30,112 nucleotides of DNA, from contig JANRLW010000010.1 in the NCBI GenBank assembly GCA_033762295.1, positions 1-30,112 on the forward strand, read 5' to 3'. This document shows, one piece after another, positions 15,797 through 23,511 of this stretch (positions are counted from its first letter, which is position 1; every line of letters begins with the position of its first letter). The notes under the pieces are model-generated. The model worked only from the letters and a program-made list of their open reading frames with translations, was not told the DNA's origin and did no database searches. The translations under genes were made by a program, and so were the position numbers. The stretch is from Capsulimonadales bacterium (GTDB lineage: Bacteria; Armatimonadota; Armatimonadia; Armatimonadales; Armatimonadaceae).

Positions 15797-17452
15797 TCAG
15801 TCCGATGGTTCGAACGCGTGCCAGCATCGCGCCGCGACCAGCAACGCCGCCGTCGCCCCGATCAAGTTGACCGCCGTAATCGCCACCGCCAGAACCAGTA
15901 CCGGAACGCCCAGAAGAAAGAGGACGATTCCGACGGACAGGGCGGGAATCAGGGCGGCCAACGAAATCCCCAGACTCACAACCCCGCTGACCGCATTCTG
16001 AGCCGGATCGGTCGGATTCGGATAGACGAGCACGAAGATCGCCTGCACCAGGAACAGTAACGCGGCCAAGGACGGCAGGATCAGCGCGGCTGCCTGCAGC
16101 AAAGGACCGCGCCAGACCCCCGCCACCCAGACCGCCCCCAGAGAGATCCAACCCAGCACCGTCAATTGCAACAACGGCAACAGCAATTCGGCCCCGAGCA
16201 GTCGGATCGGCGAAATCGGCAACGATTTGGAAAGGTCGGCACGCCGAACGACATCGCGAAGCGTCATCAGAAAAATTCCCGGCATCTGAATCCCGTAAAG
16301 CAATGTCCAGCCAAGAACGTTCAGACCGTTTTCGCGGCCGAACATTCCCCCGAGCAACGCCGGAAAGGCCGCCGGAATCAACAGTTGCAGCCAGTTTCTC
16401 AACGGGATTCGAGTCGCCGCGACCAGATCCTTCCAGAGAATGGCCCGAGCGCCACCGCCAAAATGAGGAAAACTTCGCCCTCTGGCCAGCTGGCCCTCCT
16501 TCGCCATCGTCGAAAGCACCGAACCGACATCCCCGTTTCGAACGGCCTCCTTGACCTGAGCCTTCCGTACCGCAATCTCCATGGAGGATTCGTAAAAATC
16601 CCTCTCCCGACCGAATAACGCAATAAAGGAAACCCCGCAAAAAATGAGAAGTCCGACGAAACGCCATCCGTCCCCGCCTTCCGGACCCTCAAACGGTATT
16701 TGAAACAGGTCCGCGGCCCAGGCATCCGGAGTGAGGCGGGTCCACGGCACCGCACCGTCGAGGCTTTGAGACAGATCCCGGGACCGTCGTACCAGATCCG
16801 ATGCCGATCCTCCCCGAACCATCACCCATACCATCATCCCGGTGAAACAGGCCGTCAGACCATACCGCCATCGACGCCGACGGCGATCACGATCGACGGT
16901 ATCGTCCGGCGTCACCGTCGAACGAAGCAAGAGCAACTGGGTGAAATTGGCGATCATCACCAGGAAGAGCCATGCCCCGATCATTCCGGGCAGAAACAGA
17001 ACCCAGTGGACCGCCACGTCCGCGAAATACCCTCCGGCGAAAGTGATCGGCAGGTAGATGGCCGGAACCGTCAGACTCGCATAACGCCCCGTCATCTTCC
17101 AGAGCAGAACGAAACGTCGGGGAAGCGGCGCCGTGAACAGAAAATCAATGTCGCTTCGATCGAAAAACGCCGCGCCTTCGCCCAGAGAGGCGATCAAACC
17201 CGTAAATACCGACAGCAGGAGCAGGCAGCGCATCGTCAGCAGGAATGCCGCCGGACGCCCCATCAGCAGATCGTTCGAGGAGAAAACCGGCGCGGTACCC
17301 GCCGCGCCCCGCTCGGCCAAAAAAAATAAGACGAATTGTACGCAAACGCCCGCCGTCAGCAGGAGACCGGGGACGGCGACCCGCGGGTTCCGCAGTCCGC
17401 GCCGCACCGCGTTGCCGATTCGGCAGTGCCATAGAAAGACCAGGGCATTCAT
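15797..17452 (-). CDS. ABC exporter permease (putative ABC exporter family, multi-pass)
   Basis: About 12 hydrophobic segments, F..SDIDFLFTAPL.RR.VLL motif, GARAILWKDL. 4-nt ATGA overlap with the ATPase gene. Confidence 0.85.
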   Translation of the reverse strand: MNALVFLWHCRIGNAVRRGLRNPRVAVPGLLLTAGVCVQFVLFFLAERGAAGTAPVFSSNDLLMGRPAAFLLTMRCLLLLSVFTGLIASLGEGAAFFDRSDIDFLFTAPLPRRFVLLWKMTGRYASLTVPAIYLPITFAGGYFADVAVHWVLFLPGMIGAWLFLVMIANFTQLLLLRSTVTPDDTVDRDRRRRRWRYGLTACFTGMMVWVMVRGGSASDLVRRSRDLSQSLDGAVPWTRLTPDAWAADLFQIPFEGPEGGDGWRFVGLLIFCGVSFIALFGRERDFYESSMEIAVRKAQVKEAVRNGDVGSVLSTMAKEGQLARGRSFPHFGGGARAILWKDLVAATRIPLRNWLQLLIPAAFPALLGGMFGRENGLNVLGWTLLYGIQMPGIFLMTLRDVVRRADLSKSLPISPIRLLGAELLLPLLQLTVLGWISLGAVWVAGVWRGPLLQAAALILPSLAALLFLVQAIFVLVYPNPTDPAQNAVSGVVSLGISLAALIPALSVGIVLFLLGVPVLVLAVAITAVNLIGATAALLVAARCWHAFEPSD

Positions 17453-18207
17453 TGCGGATTCGCTTTCCCGGACTCGTCCGTCAACGAGAGGAAAACCTCC
17501 TCCAGCGTCGCGTCGTCCCCTCCGGTTCCACCATAACCCGCCCGATTCCGAAGATCCTGTACCGTTCCCTCCGCGATCAAATGCCCCTGACGCAGAATCA
17601 GGATTCGATCACAGAGGTTCTGCGCCGTATCCAGCATATGGGTCGATACCAGTACCGCCGCTCCGTCCTTTCGCGCCGCCTCAACGATGCTGCCCCGCAA
17701 TTCCCGCGCCCCGCGCGGGTCCAGACCGATCAGGGGTTCATCAAAAAGAAAGACCCTGGCGCGATGCAGAAACGCACAGGCGATCGTCAGCTTTTGCCGC
17801 ATGCCTTTGGAAAGGGTACCCACCAGTTCGTCGCGCTTCTCCTGCAAATCGAAACGGGTCAACAGTTCGTCCGCCCGCCGATCAAACTCCTCATTGGTAT
17901 CGTAGGCCAGAGCGATGAACCGTAGGTGCTCCCGTACGGTCAGCGTTTCGTAGGGGTTGGGCTGTTCCGGGACAAAGGCCAGAAGACGCTTCGCCTCCCG
18001 TTCGTCCCGCGACAGGTCGTGCGGTCCGACCAGCACTCGACCGGAGGTCGGACGGATGATGCCGGCGATACACCGTAACGTGGTCGTTTTCCCGGCCCCG
18101 TTCGGGCCGAGCAAGCCGACGATCTCACCACCGCCTACGGAAAAGGATAACTCCGATAACGCGGTAAAGGTACGGTAACGTTTGGTCAGGTTTTCGACAA
18201 TCAACAC
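17449..18207 (-). CDS. ABC transporter ATP-binding protein
   Basis: GPNGAGKTT, LSKGMRQK, FLFDEPLIGLDP, STH. Confidence 0.95.
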   Translation of the reverse strand: MLIVENLTKRYRTFTALSELSFSVGGGEIVGLLGPNGAGKTTTLRCIAGIIRPTSGRVLVGPHDLSRDEREAKRLLAFVPEQPNPYETLTVREHLRFIALAYDTNEEFDRRADELLTRFDLQEKRDELVGTLSKGMRQKLTIACAFLHRARVFLFDEPLIGLDPRGARELRGSIVEAARKDGAAVLVSTHMLDTAQNLCDRILILRQGHLIAEGTVQDLRNRAGYGGTGGDDATLEEVFLSLTDESGKANPQ

Positions 18208-18274
18208 GGCTGCGTGGTTTCCATCGGAAAAGGACGATACCGTTCCGCTGGCAAGGTTCGTGCCGTCGGTTCGA

Positions 18275-19075
18275 TCAGTCGGCGAGAAGTGCGCGGGTAG
18301 CCGACACCATATCCGCCGACCGCATCAGCGCCTCCCCGACCAGCACGGCGGACGCCCCCGCCGACCGCATCCGGAGAACGTCGGACGAAGTGAAGATGCC
18401 GGATTCCGCAACGGCGAGCGTGCCCTGCGGGAAGTGCGCGGCGAGCGTCTCGAAGGTTTCCGGACGCACCTCGAAGGTGCGTAAATCGCGATTGTTCACC
18501 CCGATCATCGTCGCACCCGACTCCAGGGCCAAATCCAGCTCCTTGCGGTCGTGAACCTCCGTCAGAACATCCATCCCCAGCGATTCCGATACCTGACGCA
18601 TCTCCGCCAGTCGCGCGGGCGACGGAATCGCGGCGACAATCAGCAGAATCGCATCGGCCCCCAGAAGACGCGATTCGTAGACCTGGGCGGTATCGATCAG
18701 GAAATCCTTCCGCAGTAGGGGCAACGCCACCGCTTCCCGAACGGACGCCAGATACTCCGAACGTCCCTGGAAAAAATCATGGTCGGTCAGCACCGAAAGG
18801 CAGGTGGCCCCTCCGGCCTCGTAAGCGCGCGCAATCTCCGCCGGATCGAAGTCCGCCCGGATCACGCCCTTGCTGGGAGACGCCTTCTTTACCTCGGCAA
18901 TCAGACCGGTCTTTCCGACACTGGCCCGCGCCTCCAGCGCCCGCCGAAAACCGCGGGTCGGTGGCAGACCGACGCAGGCATCGATCAGATCGCTGATCCG
19001 CCGGTAACGTCCGCGGAGTTCGGCGATCTCCTGAACCTTCGTTTCGAGGATTCGGTCGAGGACGGTTCCGGTCAC
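18275..19075 (-). CDS. trpC: Indole-3-glycerol phosphate synthase
   Basis: VLDRILETK, LIAEVKKASPSKG, LSVLTD..FFQG, LRKDF, GADAILLI, EVH, IGVNNRDL, VAESGI, LVGEALM. GTG start at 19075 overlaps the trpD stop (GTGA). Confidence 0.97.
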   Translation of the reverse strand: MTGTVLDRILETKVQEIAELRGRYRRISDLIDACVGLPPTRGFRRALEARASVGKTGLIAEVKKASPSKGVIRADFDPAEIARAYEAGGATCLSVLTDHDFFQGRSEYLASVREAVALPLLRKDFLIDTAQVYESRLLGADAILLIVAAIPSPARLAEMRQVSESLGMDVLTEVHDRKELDLALESGATMIGVNNRDLRTFEVRPETFETLAAHFPQGTLAVAESGIFTSSDVLRMRSAGASAVLVGEALMRSADMVSATRALLAD

Positions 19076-20097
19076 GATTGAACCTCCCGTGCGAAGGCGA
19101 CCAGTTCGTCCACCTTTCGTCGGGCGGCACCGCTGTCGAGACAATCCGCCGCGACCGTGACCCCCTCCCGTAACGTCGCCGAGACACCGCCGACGACGAG
19201 CGCCGCCGCCGCGTTGGCGAGAACGATGTCCCGACGAGGACCGCGATCCTTCCCTTCGAGGATGTCCAGCAGGATGCGCGCCCCGTCCCGGGCATCGCAA
19301 CCGCCGGTCACCTCCTCCGGTTTCGCCGGAGTCAGTCCCAGATCCTCAGGCCCGACAAGATACGTCGTGACCCGGCCATCGCGCCCCTCGGCGATGATCG
19401 TCTCCTCCCACGTCGAGATTTCGTCCAGCCCCCGCATCCCATGGACGACCAGAACATGCTCCGCGCCCAGTCGCATCAACGCCTCCGCGAGCGGTCGACA
19501 GAGCGAACTGTCATAGACACCGATCACCTGACGGGTCGCCCCGGCCGGGTTCGTCAGAGGGCCAAGGGTGTTGAATACCGTGCGTATTCCGAGTTCACTG
19601 CGAACCGGTGCCGCATGGCGCATCGCCGGATGGTAGCTCCGCGCAAAAAGAAAACCGATCCCGACCGTGTCGATACATCGGGCGACCACCTCCGGCCCGA
19701 CCGTGAGATGGACGCCGAGGGCTTCGAGAACGTCCGCCGAGCCGCAGATCGATGTCGCCGCCCGATTACCATGCTTTGCCACCACCACACCCGCCGCGGC
19801 CGCAACGAAGGCTGCCGTCGTCGAGATGTTGAAGGTTTTCATCACCGCCCCGCCCGTCCCGCAGGTGTCCACCAGCGGTCGACGGGTCACCTCCACACGT
19901 ACCGCCTTCTCACGCATCGCCCGCGCAAGGCCGGTGATTTCGGCGACCGTTTCACCTTTCATTCGCAACGCCACCAGAAAGGCCGCAATCTGGGAAGGAG
20001 TCGCCGTTCCCTCCATGATTGACGCCATGGCTGCGCCGGCTTCCTCTTCGGTCAGCGAATCGCCGTCCGTCAGTTTTTTAATGGCTTGCTGAATCAC
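19072..20097 (-). CDS. trpD: Anthranilate phosphoribosyltransferase
   Basis: QIAAFLVALRMKGET, VDTCGTGG...TFNIST, AKHGNRA....GSADVLEALG, RTVFNTLGPLTNP, GLDE. GTG start at 20097 with SD GGAG. Confidence 0.97.
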   Translation of the reverse strand: MIQQAIKKLTDGDSLTEEEAGAAMASIMEGTATPSQIAAFLVALRMKGETVAEITGLARAMREKAVRVEVTRRPLVDTCGTGGAVMKTFNISTTAAFVAAAAGVVVAKHGNRAATSICGSADVLEALGVHLTVGPEVVARCIDTVGIGFLFARSYHPAMRHAAPVRSELGIRTVFNTLGPLTNPAGATRQVIGVYDSSLCRPLAEALMRLGAEHVLVVHGMRGLDEISTWEETIIAEGRDGRVTTYLVGPEDLGLTPAKPEEVTGGCDARDGARILLDILEGKDRGPRRDIVLANAAAALVVGGVSATLREGVTVAADCLDSGAARRKVDELVAFAREVQS

Positions 20098-20178
20098 GAT
20101 GCCCGCTCCCCGGTGATATTCCCATGGCAAACATATCACATCGGGACACCGAAAAGCACGTTCCCCTGACCACAGCCC

Positions 20179-21147
20179 TTATTTGACCCAGATTTTCAAC
20201 CCCTCATGGTTCCAGTAATGGTTGGCGGCCCAGTCCTTTGAAAAAACGCCGGCCTGTATCCGGAATCCGCCTTTCCGGTCGGGCTTCCACGTAAATTCGT
20301 ACTCCCGCCGCTCTCCCGGTTTCAAACTCTGACCCACCTTGAATTCCTGAGCGATCTTGGCCGATCGGTCGTCGTGAACCTCATAGTTCACAATTCCATC
20401 CTTTAAGCCACCCTTGCGGCAAACAATCGTCACCTTGATCTTGGTCGCTTTCCCGATACGGGTCGCTTCCGGCGCCTTGATGACGCAGGAAAACACCGGT
20501 TCGGAGGATTCCTTACTCTGTTCCTCCGTCTCCTTTTGCTCCGTTTCCGCTCCCCAGATGCCCCGGCGGAGCGTCTTCGCCTGTGCCTGGGCGTCACGCA
20601 GAAGGTCGCTCGATACCGTTGTCTTCGCGTACCCGAGGCGGACCAGCTGCTCATTGATCAAACTCTTCCCCAGATACACCTTGACCGGGAGGACTCCCCC
20701 CTCCGCCGGCGCATCGACAGGCTGGACGAAGACCCGCCGTCCGGCGACCGCCCGGTTCAGGTACTGGGTGACATTCTCCCCTTCGGCAACGTCTCCGCGC
20801 GGGAACTCAATACCCCAGAACCGGAGGCGGATCAGAGTCTGGTCACGCAGGCCCGCCACGGTGAAGCGCTCCGGGTCGGCGCGAACGACCTGTGCCGAAA
20901 ACGTCGGCGGGGGCGTCGGTTCCGCCGTTCGTACCGGCGGCGGCGCAAGAGGCGGGAATGCCCCCCCGCCGATCAGCGTCTCCGATCCGTTCAACACCTG
21001 CGGCGTGACCTCGGCGCGCAAGGTCCGCAGTTGCCGGGACGACGTATCGCCGCGCAGCTGCGAGACCAGCATTACGATCACCGAAATCCCGAGCATCACC
21101 AGCAACGATGCCAGGGCCGCTTTCGTCTGTGTTTTTCCAATACGCAT
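20179..21147 (-). CDS. Membrane-anchored thermonuclease (SNase)-like protein with C-terminal Ig-like domain
   Basis: N-terminal TM helix and Pro-rich linker. SNase-like IRLRFWGIEFP, VYLGKSLINEQLVRLGYA and AQAQAKTLRRGIWG. C-terminal beta-sandwich (YEFTWKP...GGFRIQAGVFS.DW....YWN). SD GGAGG. Confidence 0.8.
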   Translation of the reverse strand: MRIGKTQTKAALASLLVMLGISVIVMLVSQLRGDTSSRQLRTLRAEVTPQVLNGSETLIGGGAFPPLAPPPVRTAEPTPPPTFSAQVVRADPERFTVAGLRDQTLIRLRFWGIEFPRGDVAEGENVTQYLNRAVAGRRVFVQPVDAPAEGGVLPVKVYLGKSLINEQLVRLGYAKTTVSSDLLRDAQAQAKTLRRGIWGAETEQKETEEQSKESSEPVFSCVIKAPEATRIGKATKIKVTIVCRKGGLKDGIVNYEVHDDRSAKIAQEFKVGQSLKPGERREYEFTWKPDRKGGFRIQAGVFSKDWAANHYWNHEGLKIWVK

Positions 21148-21383
21148 GATGACGTCGTCCTCCGTCTCCCGAAAAATCCCTCAGCCGTCCACGACAGGTG
21201 GAACGGCAACCGTCAAATTTACTAAAACAGTATACTGTAAATTTTACCAGCATACAATAACCTGTATAGCTAACCTGACAATTCTGAGACGAACCCCAAT
21301 AAACATATTGTCGATGGCTTGTCTCCGCGCGAAGTCGGGTATTCTTTCCGGAAAATTGCATTCGATCGAAGGGATCTCCCGTC

Positions 21384-22052
21384 ATGTTTGCCACGGATAA
21401 CGAACTTTTTTCCTGGGCGTCGGAAAACCTCTACTCGGCGGTGATCAGCGACCTGCTCGACGACGCGGGTTTACGTCACCAGGCGATGCATCATCGTCTC
21501 CGTCCGCTGGACCCGGACAACTGCCGAATGGTGGGCCGGGCCAGGACGATCCGATGGATGGAAGCGGATTATGTCGAAACCGATGACCCGTACGGCATGG
21601 AAATCGAAGCGATCGACTCACTGCAACCCGGCGACATCGTCGTCCACTCGACCGATTTCGCCGAAAGCAATGCGCCCTGGGGCGAGTTGATGAGCACCGC
21701 CGCCAAAATGAGAGGGGCGGTCGGATGTATCTGCGACAGCCAGATCCGCGACTGCCTGCGCATCAAGGAACTCGGGTTTCCCATTTTCTTTCGGGGAATT
21801 CGACCGCTCGATAGCATGGGACGAGGCAGGGTGATGGCCTATGATGTCCCGGTGCGCTGCGGCGATGTCCTGGTCCGTCCCGGCGAACTCGTCTTTACCG
21901 ATTTCGACGGCATTGTGGTCGTTCCGCGCGAAGTGGAAACCGATGTCCTGCGCCTCGCCGCCGACAAGGCGGGCCGGGAGAACCTGTCACGCAATGAGTT
22001 GCTTCAGGGCCACCGTTTGCGCGACGTGTTCAACCGATACGGAGCGCTTTGA
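21384..22052 (+). CDS. RraA family / HMG-CHA aldolase-like protein
   Basis: LYSAVISDLLD, MVGRART, IDSLQPGDIVV, APWGELMSTAA..RGAVG..CD..IRD, V.PGELVFTDFDGIVVVP. Confidence 0.92.
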   Translation: MFATDNELFSWASENLYSAVISDLLDDAGLRHQAMHHRLRPLDPDNCRMVGRARTIRWMEADYVETDDPYGMEIEAIDSLQPGDIVVHSTDFAESNAPWGELMSTAAKMRGAVGCICDSQIRDCLRIKELGFPIFFRGIRPLDSMGRGRVMAYDVPVRCGDVLVRPGELVFTDFDGIVVVPREVETDVLRLAADKAGRENLSRNELLQGHRLRDVFNRYGAL

Positions 22053-22072
22053 ACCATGTTACGAAACCGCTT

Positions 22073-22106
22073 TTGCCGTCCGAAAGGACGGCAATTCGCT
22101 CTTTTT
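22073..22106 (+). terminator. Rho-independent terminator after the RraA-family gene
   Basis: Perfect 9-bp stem TTGCCGTCC-GAAA-GGACGGCAA (22073-22094) followed by TTCGCTCTTTTT. Confidence 0.75.
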
Positions 22107-22120
22107 CGGCGCAATCTCGC

Positions 22121-22149
22121 TTGACACGACTTCCGTTTCCCACTATAAT
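22121..22149 (+). promoter_or_regulatory. Perfect consensus sigma70 promoter
   Basis: TTGACA (22121-22126), 17 nt, TATAAT (22144-22149). Confidence 0.9.
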
Positions 22150-22160
22150 TCGCCCGAATC

Positions 22161-22186
22161 GGCGAAACGATTTCAACCGGTTTAAC
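22161..22186. promoter_or_regulatory. Two overlapping LacI-type operator candidates
   Basis: GGCGAAACGATTTCAA (22161-22176) and TTTCAACCGGTTTAAC (22171-22186). Both fit AAnCGnTT, are 10 bp apart and lie just downstream of the predicted +1. Confidence 0.6.
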
Positions 22187-22208
22187 TCAGTTCGATGGCG
22201 GGAGTTTG

Positions 22209-22412
22209 ATGGTAACGCGGCCGACCCTTTCGGATTTCGCCTGGCATCTCGGTATGCCGAAAAAGACCGTTTCGCTTGCGCGAAAATCGTGTCACCCGAC
22301 CGTCGATCGAACCCGCCCCCCCTGCCTGATCCGACGGAAGAACGGCGGCCAATCGAAACGCTCTGCCATAGGTCCGCGGTTGCCCCCGGTGACTAAGGAG
22401 GCTACACCCTGA
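22209..22412 (+). pseudogene. Decayed or truncated LacI-family regulator (HTH only)
   Basis: MVTRPTLSDFAWHLGMPKKTVSLA matches the LacI HTH pattern PTLxDxAxxLGxxKxTVSxA. SD GGGAG precedes it. No hinge or sugar-binding domain follows. Confidence 0.7.
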
Positions 22413-22469
22413 ACGGAGCCCGAAACGGGTTGCCCATCCGTTTCAATAAATCTCAATGAGCAACGACGA

Positions 22470-23498
22470 ATGACTAACAAACTATCTCCGACGGACGCCC
22501 TGCAACGTCTCGGCGATTACCTATTGAAGGTACAAACCGGCGATGGCGCTCTCCCCATCCGTTCCGGCACTTCCGGCACGGTACCGGAGGTGGTGCCGCA
22601 GATCGGAAACCACGCGATCTTCGGGCTTGTGGATGCCTTCCGCGCCACCGAGGACCGACGGTTCCTGCAGGCGATCCGCCAATGGATCGAATGGCGGGAC
22701 CGCCCACGAAATGCCGACCGTTCGATTTCCACTCTCACGAAGACGACCGATTCCGAAGGTACGGTCGGTGCGAAGGAGTTCGTCGCCGAAGCCTCCTACA
22801 TCGAACTCCTTCACTTGCTGACCACTCTGCCCCTTGGCGAGGGCGACCGGAAATGGCTGCAAACCCGCCTGCCGTTTGCCCGACGATCGATCGAAGCGGC
22901 CCTCCGACAACAGCAAAAAAATGGACTCGTTTCGACCGGAGCAGGTGCTGAAGCCACTCAATTGATCGATAATGTGATCGTTTTACGTGGTCTTCTCGCA
23001 GGAACGCGGTACTTCCAGACCGGCGTCGGAAAGGAACGGGGAATGGCCGTTCGCTGTACGACCGAAGCGGTCCGACTTTCCACTGCCATCAGCACCGAAC
23101 TCTGGGACCCGATTTCGGAATGCTACCGCTCTTCTTTGCGTCAGGACAACCGGCACGACACCGATTTCGAAACCCGTTATCCCGATCTCGTCGCGAACCT
23201 GCTCGCCATCGGCTGGCTGCCGCGAACGACCGTCTTCCGCAGACGTGCCAAACCGCTGTACGAAAGGATCGTCGCTCGGCTGGCCGACTCGTCCGCCATG
23301 GGTCTGCCGCGCTCACTCAGTACGGAGCAGGATCTCGATCGACTGGTATGGTGGGGATTCGCAGCCGAAGGGCAGGGCGATACGGACCGCATTCTCCACG
23401 TGCGAACCCAACTCGCCCGGATGGACCCGGTAGCCCTCGAAATCTCCCATCCTTCGTTGATCGGACTTGCCTGCCGCCTCATCGGCCCCCTGGCGTAA
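22470..23498 (+). CDS. Hypothetical alpha/alpha-toroid (six-hairpin glycosidase-like) protein
   Basis: DYLLKVQTGDGAL, AIFGLVDAFRATEDRRFLQA, QQKNGL, ISTELWDPISECY and YPD motifs are typical of helical-barrel proteins. No good SD at this ATG. Confidence 0.55.
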   Translation: MTNKLSPTDALQRLGDYLLKVQTGDGALPIRSGTSGTVPEVVPQIGNHAIFGLVDAFRATEDRRFLQAIRQWIEWRDRPRNADRSISTLTKTTDSEGTVGAKEFVAEASYIELLHLLTTLPLGEGDRKWLQTRLPFARRSIEAALRQQQKNGLVSTGAGAEATQLIDNVIVLRGLLAGTRYFQTGVGKERGMAVRCTTEAVRLSTAISTELWDPISECYRSSLRQDNRHDTDFETRYPDLVANLLAIGWLPRTTVFRRRAKPLYERIVARLADSSAMGLPRSLSTEQDLDRLVWWGFAAEGQGDTDRILHVRTQLARMDPVALEISHPSLIGLACRLIGPLA

Positions 23499-23511
23499 CT
23501 CGTCGTCCCCG

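Noticed and set aside
18275..19300. 341-aa extended TrpC, and similarly extended starts at 4064, 8728, 11398, 14356, 15787 and 20139
   Set aside because: The extensions overlap neighbouring genes or promoter boxes and lack family similarity. Shorter starts have an SD, a promoter or stop-start coupling.
20098..20178. trp attenuator or T-box upstream of trpD
   Set aside because: Only 81 nt, with no Trp-rich leader peptide, T-box motif or terminator. Just a 7-bp inverted repeat (GTGATAT/ATATCAC).
22073..22094. c-di-GMP-I riboswitch (GAAA tetraloop followed by GGACG-GCAA)
   Set aside because: Lacks the GGCAAAC 5' element and the second stem. It lies upstream of the promoter and is better explained as a terminator.
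22150..22345. 6S RNA or other structured ncRNA (long-range pairing of GGCGG..GTTTGAT with ATCGAAC-CCGCC)
   Set aside because: The pairing is plausible but imperfect in GC-rich DNA, there are no recognisable family motifs, and the LacI-HTH coding signal explains the region better. An Infernal search would settle it.
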